From the human T2T-CHM13v2.0 reference genome, Homo sapiens: a stretch of DNA of 64,000 bases. Under the pieces are notes generated by a model that was not told where the DNA came from, did no database searches, and worked only from the letters and a program-made list of their open reading frames with translations. Below are positions 56,624 through 64,000 of the stretch, piece by piece. Numbering within the stretch: the first letter of the stretch is position 1; every line of letters begins with the position of its first letter. Where the stretch lies: the NCBI RefSeq assembly GCF_009914755.1, contig NC_060936.1; one strand, 5' to 3'. The translations under genes and the position numbers were made by a program.

Positions 56624-58231
56624 ATTGGCGGCAGTAAGCACACAATGAATGATCACCTGCATGTCGGCAGCCACGCTCACGGACAGATCCAGGTTCAACA
56701 GTTGTTTGAGGATAACAGTAACAAGCGGACAGTGCTCACGACACAACCAAATGGGCTTACAACAGTGGGCAAAACGGGCTTGCCAGTGGTGCCAGAGCGG
56801 CAGCTGGACAGCATTCATAGACGGCAGGGGAGCTCCACCTCTCTAAAGTCCATGGAAGGCATGGGGAAGGTGAAAGCCACCCCCATGACACCTGAACAAG
56901 CAATGAAGCAATACATGCAAAAACTCACAGCCTTCGAACACCATGAGATTTTCAGCTACCCTGAAATATATTTCTTGGGTCTAAATGCTAAGAAGCGCCA
57001 GGGCATGACAGGTGGGCCCAACAATGGTGGCTATGATGATGACCAGGGATCATATGTGCAGGTGCCCCACGATCACGTGGCTTACAGGTATGAGGTCCTC
57101 AAGGTCATTGGGAAGGGGAGCTTTGGGCAGGTGGTCAAGGCCTACGATCACAAAGTCCACCAGCACGTGGCCCTAAAGATGGTGCGGAATGAGAAGCGCT
57201 TCCACCGGCAAGCAGCGGAGGAGATCCGAATCCTGGAACACCTGCGGAAGCAGGACAAGGATAACACAATGAATGTCATCCATATGCTGGAGAATTTCAC
57301 CTTCCGCAACCACATCTGCATGACGTTTGAGCTGCTGAGCATGAACCTCTATGAGCTCATCAAGAAGAATAAATTCCAGGGCTTCAGTCTGCCTTTGGTT
57401 CGCAAGTTTGCCCACTCGATTCTGCAGTGCTTGGATGCTTTGCACAAAAACAGAATAATTCACTGTGACCTTAAGCCCGAGAACATTTTGTTAAAGCAGC
57501 AGGGTAGAAGCGGTATTAAAGTAATTGATTTTGGCTCCAGTTGTTACGAGCATCAGCGTGTCTACACGTACATCCAGTCGCGTTTTTACCGGGCTCCAGA
57601 AGTGATCCTTGGGGCCAGGTATGGCATGCCCATTGATATGTGGAGCCTGGGCTGCATTTTAGCAGAGCTCCTGACGGGTTACCCCCTCTTGCCTGGGGAA
57701 GATGAAGGGGACCAGCTGGCCTGTATGATTGAACTGTTGGGCATGCCCTCACAGAAACTGCTGGATGCATCCAAACGAGCCAAAAATTTTGTGAGCTCCA
57801 AGGGTTATCCCCGTTACTGCACTGTCACGACTCTCTCAGATGGCTCTGTGGTCCTAAACGGAGGCCGTTCCCGGAGGGGGAAACTGAGGGGCCCACCGGA
57901 GAGCAGAGAGTGGGGTAACGCGCTGAAGGGGTGTGATGATCCCCTTTTCCTTGACTTCTTAAAACAGTGTTTAGAGTGGGATCCTGCAGTGCGCATGACC
58001 CCAGGCCAGGCTTTGCGGCACCCCTGGCTGAGGAGGCGGTTGCCAAAGCCTCCCACCGGGGAGAAAACGTCAGTGAAAAGGATAACTGAGAGCACCGGTG
58101 CTATCACATCTATATCCAAGTTACCTCCACCTTCTAGCTCAGCTTCCAAACTGAGGACTAATTTGGCGCAGATGACAGATGCCAATGGGAATATTCAGCA
58201 GAGGACAGTGTTGCCAAAACTTGTTAGCTGA
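56624..58231 (+). CDS. DYRK2: DYRK2 exon 3 coding part: complete dual-specificity tyrosine-regulated kinase domain (total 601 aa; 528 aa from ATG 56645)
   Basis: Acceptor ttccAG|ATTGGC. Motifs: DH box [33 protein letters not shown], activation-loop [12 protein letters not shown]. Ends LPKLVS-TGA. 66+535=601 aa. Confidence 0.99.
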   Translation: MGGSKHTMNDHLHVGSHAHGQIQVQQLFEDNSNKRTVLTTQPNGLTTVGKTGLPVVPERQLDSIHRRQGSSTSLKSMEGMGKVKATPMTPEQAMKQYMQKLTAFEHHEIFSYPEIYFLGLNAKKRQGMTGGPNNGGYDDDQGSYVQVPHDHVAYRYEVLKVIGKGSFGQVVKAYDHKVHQHVALKMVRNEKRFHRQAAEEIRILEHLRKQDKDNTMNVIHMLENFTFRNHICMTFELLSMNLYELIKKNKFQGFSLPLVRKFAHSILQCLDALHKNRIIHCDLKPENILLKQQGRSGIKVIDFGSSCYEHQRVYTYIQSRFYRAPEVILGARYGMPIDMWSLGCILAELLTGYPLLPGEDEGDQLACMIELLGMPSQKLLDASKRAKNFVSSKGYPRYCTVTTLSDGSVVLNGGRSRRGKLRGPPESREWGNALKGCDDPLFLDFLKQCLEWDPAVRMTPGQALRHPWLRRRLPKPPTGEKTSVKRITESTGAITSISKLPPPSSSASKLRTNLAQMTDANGNIQQRTVLPKLVS

Positions 58232-61200
58232 GCTCACGTCCCCTGATGCTGGTAACCTGAAAGATACGACATTGCTGAGCCTTACTGGGTTGAAAAGGAG
58301 TAGCTCAGACCTGTTTTTATTTGCTCAATAACTCTACTCATTTGTATCTTTTCAGCACTTAATTTTAATGTAAGAAAGTTGTTCATTTTGTTTTTATAAA
58401 ATACATGAGGACAATGCTTTAAGTTTTTATACTTTCAGAAACTTTTTGTGTTCTAAAAGTACAATGAGCCTTACTGTATTTAGTGTGGCAGAATAATAAC
58501 ATCAGTGGCAGGCCACTGATTACTTCATGACTGCCACGCATTTACAGATTGGTGTCAAAGACATTCACTATGTTTTTATGGTTCATGTTATATCCTCCCC
58601 AGGGTGACAGCCCCTTAAGGCCCTCCTTTTCCCTCCATGCTCCAGGTCCATGCACAGGTGTAGCATGTCCTGCTTCCGTTTTTCATAAATTAATCTGGGT
58701 GTTGGGGGTAGTGGGAGGAGAACGGTCAGAATCAAAGTGACATTCTAAGAAAAACTGTACCTTAGAGATTTTCCTCTAGTGCTCAAACAAATACAAAATA
58801 AGATCCCCAAGGTTTAAACTGCCCAGTTAGCATTCTGACATTCTAAAAGCCGGCAAAGCAGCTTTTAGTGGATAAATGGGAATGGAAACGTGTGTGTTCC
58901 TCCAAATTTTCTAGTATGATCGGTGAGCTGTTTTGTAAAGAAGCCTCATATTACAGAGTTGCTTTTGCACCTAAATTTAGAATTGTATTCCATGAACTGT
59001 TCCTCCCTTTTCTCTGCTTTTCTCCTCTCTGTTCCTCTTTTAATACCACACGTCTGTTGCTTGCATTTAGTTTGTCTTCTTCCTTCAGCTGTGTATCCCA
59101 GACTGTTAATACAGAAAAGAGACATTTCAGCTGTGATTATGACCATTGTTTCATATTCCAATTAAAAAAAGAACAGCAGCCTAGCTACTTAAGGTGGGGA
59201 TTTCCATAGTTCCAAAGAAGATTTAGCAGATTAGAGTGAGTTCACACTTTTCAGGTGCCACTGTAAGGTTCTCTCAGCCTGGGAAACTATCAACTCTTTC
59301 TTTAAAAAGAAAGAGGGTTGAAAATCCTCTGGACGAACAGAAGTCACTTTGGCTGTTCAGTAAGGCCAATGTTAACAACACGTTTAGAGGAGGAAAAGTT
59401 CAACCTCAAGTTAAATGGTTTGACTTATTCTTCGTATCATTAGAAGAACCCCAGAGATAGCATTCCTCTATTTTATTTTACTTTCTTTTGGATTGCACTG
59501 ATTGTTTTTGTGGGAATGACACTTTATCTGGCAAAGTAACTGAGAGTTTGGTAAAAGAATATTTTCTTCTCTGAATAATAATTATTTTCACAGTGAAAAT
59601 TTCAGTATTTTATCACTAATGTATGAGCAATGATCTATATCAATTTCAAGGCACGTGAAAAAAATTTTTTAGTATGTGCAATTTAATATAGAAAGATTTC
59701 TGCCTGTTTGGACAATAGGTTTTGGGTAGTACAGATTAGGATAAGTAAGCTTATATATGCACAGAGATTATTGTATTACCTGTAAATTGATTTACAAGTA
59801 CTTAAAAGCGTGGTCCCCAGTGAGGCCAAGAAAGTTTCCGGTTAAGTTCTTTAATAATAATCCTACAGTTTATCTTAAGAAAAAAAAAAAGGTTTGAAAA
59901 AAACACTTTAATTTAGGCTTCGTTGGTTGATGGTGGAAAAAAATGCTCAGGAAATATTTCAGATATTTGCCAAAAAACCAGTAATAAGGTTACCTTATTA
60001 AAATAGTGATATTTGCTTTACTATTTAAGGTGTCACTGATAAATTAATTTGTACTTCTGTGTTTAGAAATTATAGCTTCTTTTCCCTTAGTCAAATTTTT
60101 TAGCATATTATACACATTTCTGTGTAATCTGTGGAAGTGCAATAATATGTTAGTAAGTTACATTTTAAATAATGCTCATGTGACAATACTCCCAATCAAT
60201 GGCTTATAGAATTTAAAGATCTGTATATTAGATTTTGGCTTAAAGGCATGAGAAGTATAAGACTTGGTTTGGTGGCTTTGTAAGACCACCAGCCTCTTAA
60301 TGATGGTTAGCTTCTTTAGGTCATTAAATCAATAAAAACATATAATGCTGTTTTGCTCTTCTAATGCTCCTCTTCCATTTCCAGTTATCTTCACATTTAC
60401 ATTTAAATATACAAACCTGAGCCCGCCATTATTAATTTCCCTATAAAATGACGATACATGTGAACATTTATAAATGGACTAATACTGCTTGTCTTTCCCC
60501 CACCGCACAAAACTGGTTCTTAAGATGCCAGCAATGAATTTGAGACTATCTTTATTTATAAATGGAAACCGGAAACTTTTATACCAAACTATAATAATGT
60601 GCAGCACTGTAGGGCTTTTTTTTTTTTCCCTCCAAATACAGTGAAATTTTTTTATTCACAAGAGCTGCCACATCTCAGCATTTAGTAATAGAGCTGCTTT
60701 AATAAAATTCTAGTTTGATTGTCATGTCAAAAAAAGAAAAATGTTGCATCTTTGTGATTTTAAAACATAAATTAATGAAGGCTCTGATAGGCTATTAGGA
60801 GTTGGCTTGGAAACAGTTTTTGGTCTCACAGGTTACCATTGTTTGGGGATGTCTGAGCTGTTTTCAGATCTAGGAATAGCACAGTGTTGTCTTGTCTTTG
60901 GCAGTCTCATTTGGCTCTGTTTCTTGCACCACCAGCATGTTCATTACCACTTAAATATATTGCTACAGCAGTGGAACAACAGAGTGGTGCAAGACACTGT
61001 AGATTAACGGTAGAGGAGAAATTGTGCCCTTAGTGTTAACAATGTGCCTTTTGTTCTGAATGCCATGTTGTAGGGCATGCATTTTTTGGCCTCTTTAACT
61101 CTTCGAATTCTAGTCAGTAAGAATGGAACCCATCTCTGCAAAGATACATCTGTCTTAAATATCTAGTTACAGGCCTTAATAGAAACCATAAGGCATGACT

Positions 61201-62185
61201 CATCTTCAGGCACTGAAAAAAGATAACCATCAGGTAGTGTTACACAAGGACTTCCTATATTTAAGGGGTTAAAGATGGTCTTTGTTGTATCTTAACATCA
61301 GACTGATTTTTACATTTTTTTTTTGTTATGCTAACACTAGACAAAAATCAACTGTATTTGTAAAAATTTACCTCAAACCATTTAATTTTATAGTGTGATT
61401 AATCCCAGGGCATTTGGTATGAACCAAAGTGCATTCCTTTTATATGTGCCTGGCTCTAGTAAGGATGGCCAGGGATTTTTACAATTTGGGTGCAAGGCAC
61501 TTAAGCCACTTTTAAACTTAATGGGTGGTTTGGGGTCGTGTTAAATGACTCCATCAGAATGTTAGAAAACACTTTAGGCATCAGTAGCATTGGGCCATAT
61601 TGGAATCCTAAAGTGTGAATTATTTTAAGGAGAGCATTCATTTTTGTAATTTTTTTCATCAAAAATATTTCTGGTAAGCAGAAGACTTTTTAAAAAAACT
61701 GATCTGGTCTCGGTAAAGGTTTTAATATTGCCCAACATAATGCTGTAATAGCATTAAAAAAAGTATTTGTGAACTCTGTTTCTTAGGGGCTTGTACATCT
61801 CTCTGCTATGGACATACATAAAATTAATTGTAATTATACTCAGCTCAACTGCTACAGTTCTGTCTAGGCAGTGGCTTGGGTTTTTATCGAGCAACAACTT
61901 AGACACGTGACTGTAATATGCTGCAACTGTGTGTACTGAAAATATGTGAAAATGGTTGAATGTGGACTGTGTATATATGTATGTAAAAATTTCTGTGAGA
62001 TGCTGCTGTCGCCACTTAACATTAAATATGTTCTAGTGGATTTTAATCCTAGTGGCCAGTTCTATGATACTGTATGTATTATACAGCTGATGACAGGAGT
62101 AAGACTGTTTAGTGAATATCTGTTAAATTTTATTGTTGTGGCCAGAGATAATTTCAGAATAAAATTTTAATGTCCTACCTTACTT
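58232..62185 (+). other. DYRK2: DYRK2 3'UTR (may extend past the window end in longer isoforms)
   Basis: AT-rich, repeat-poor sequence after the stop codon. AATAAA at 60331, 60701 and 62158. Confidence 0.8.
62158..62163 (+). terminator. Polyadenylation signal AATAAA (likely major site)
   Basis: Canonical hexamer with upstream TGTA elements and a downstream T/C-rich tract. Confidence 0.65.
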
Positions 62186-64000
62186 CTCTCCCCTTTCTAA
62201 CTATAATTTAACTCCTGATCTATTTCTGGTATTATCCTTTGTCAATTAGCCTGGAGAGGGTTTAGAATGCAAAATGGATAGCTCTATATCAGGGTCTTGA
62301 GAAGTTAAAATAATTCATTCTACTAGTTTGTTCATAGCAATACTTTATTAGTTCAATATAAGTATGCAGATTCCAAGTGGAAAAACAAAGGTTTTAGTAA
62401 GTAGTTCTTGCTTTTCCCAGGATATTCTATTCCTTCACCTGTCAGATTTTTATGTTAACTTTTTTATATATAGCCTCTGCTGTGTTCTTTATTATGCTAG
62501 AGCTTCATATCTTCTTTTATTTTAACCTTCACAATGATAGTTAAGCTGGGGGAGCAGAACCTGTCAATTATTCCCCACCAGTCTTCATTCTTTTCTCTGC
62601 ACAAGTTCTGGTAAATTATTCTAATGTGCTCTAACCAGTTCCACCCAATGTTTTTTAATGCTTATGAGTTTGCAGTTTTTGTACTTGGTGGTCTCTGTGG
62701 TTCACATTTTTTTGTGTTGTAGTGTCTCCTGCCTCGGTTGGCTCAGAAAATAAGGCCTAGGAACTGCAATTAGCTCATGATTTGTCAAGTTCAGTTAGTA
62801 CCAAGCTAAGAGTTTACTTACAGATGACAGCAAGCAGATGCTCTAGTAATTCGTCAGACATTGCAGGGATATTGTGTAGTCAGATATTACCCTCTTGTGG
62901 AAAGAACTACCTCACATCATTATTTATTTCCCTTCTGTTACCAACAGCCAAGGAATTACTTAGTGTGGCTCCCTGCATCAATACTGGGATATGCTTAAAC
63001 AAGGGAATGCCATAAGAGTTCCCAATTGCCTCGTCATAGCCTGGGCCATAGATTTTTGTTACTGCTAATCTTGCTTCTTAAAGTTCACACCCAGTGCAAA
63101 AAACCCAATCAGCAAACTAACCCCAAAATCCAATATATTTAGAAATGTAAGTGTTAAGAGATGTGCATTATGTACAAAATTGAAAATTGGTGCTAAAGTG
63201 GCAATGTCAATTTAAAATTTCTTGTCCAGATCTGACTGACTGACTCAGGAGATTATAGTTCCTACTCATTCTCTTTCCTTTTATCAGATCTTTCAAAAGC
63301 GCTTTTTAAAATTGATCAATGTGCAATTCTGTTTGAGTCTCTACAGTCCTATCCCTTTTGGAATGAACAGCTACACAAATAAATATTCTTGGAACTTCGA
63401 AGTTGTCTTCAAACTAGCTCTAGAAAATGTCCCTAGTTGACATTAGTGTTGGTCTGTTAGAAGGGGAAATTGATTTGACTGCTTCATGTTTTGAAAAGAG
63501 CATTAAGAGGGATTTGAGGAAGGTATATGTGGCTTTCTTTTTTCTTAAGTTTGAATTACACTTGATTTCCTTTGGGTTATTAGGCAGATAAACCCTTGTC
63601 ATTAGTAATACTTAGCACTGTCCAAAATGAAAAATGACTGCCAGTGTGTTGCACATACATAAGAAAATTACATCTTACTGCGAAGTCTTTGGTTTGTTTC
63701 CTTATTTGGTTTGACTTTGACTTACTATTTTGCTATGGTCATATCCTTAATATCTGCGGTACATTTCATATGTATATATGGGGTGGGAGCATAATTGCCA
63801 TTCCCATGTGTCTCAAGGAAGCTTAATGAGGAAACTAATGAGTTAATATTAACTCTTCTGAAGAAAGCTGACATTTTAGGAGTATTAAGTCATCTGTCGT
63901 TAAGGAGCAGCAAGAATATATTATGATTGTATCACATGTTCCAGAAGAGCATTACCCCTTACATAGAAAGCTCCTTGGAGATTTCATGATGTTGGATGAA

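Noticed and set aside
57148-58185. Antisense ORFs over the kinase exon
   Set aside because: Shadow ORFs caused by codon bias of the sense CDS.
59584-59600. attttcacagtgaaaat hairpin containing CAGTGA (IRE-like)
   Set aside because: The pairing register consumes the hexaloop; no 5-bp upper stem with a bulged C.

Overview
Primate, almost certainly human, genomic DNA containing the DYRK2 kinase gene on the + strand (recalled as chr12q15). DYRK2 has a CpG-island promoter at about 47.1-50.1 kb. Its coding exons are 48653-48701, 49316-49464 and 56624-58231, giving 601 aa, or 528 aa from ATG 56645 when exon 2 is skipped. The long 3'UTR has poly(A) signals at 60331, 60701 and 62158. The ~47 kb upstream has no credible protein-coding gene and is a mosaic of transposon fossils: Alus, MIR, L1, L2, hAT and Tc1-mariner elements, MaLR/ERV LTRs, and a two-LTR ERV-L provirus at 19607-26001. 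I see no convincing novel biological system. The best leads are an unexplained 123-bp inverted repeat at 8074-8690, a uORF/reinitiation architecture around the two DYRK2 start codons, a possible alternative first exon, RFX X-box-like promoter motifs, and candidate non-coding exons near the ERV-L LTR. Repeat family names were assigned by eye from remembered consensus sequences, and their boundaries are approximate.
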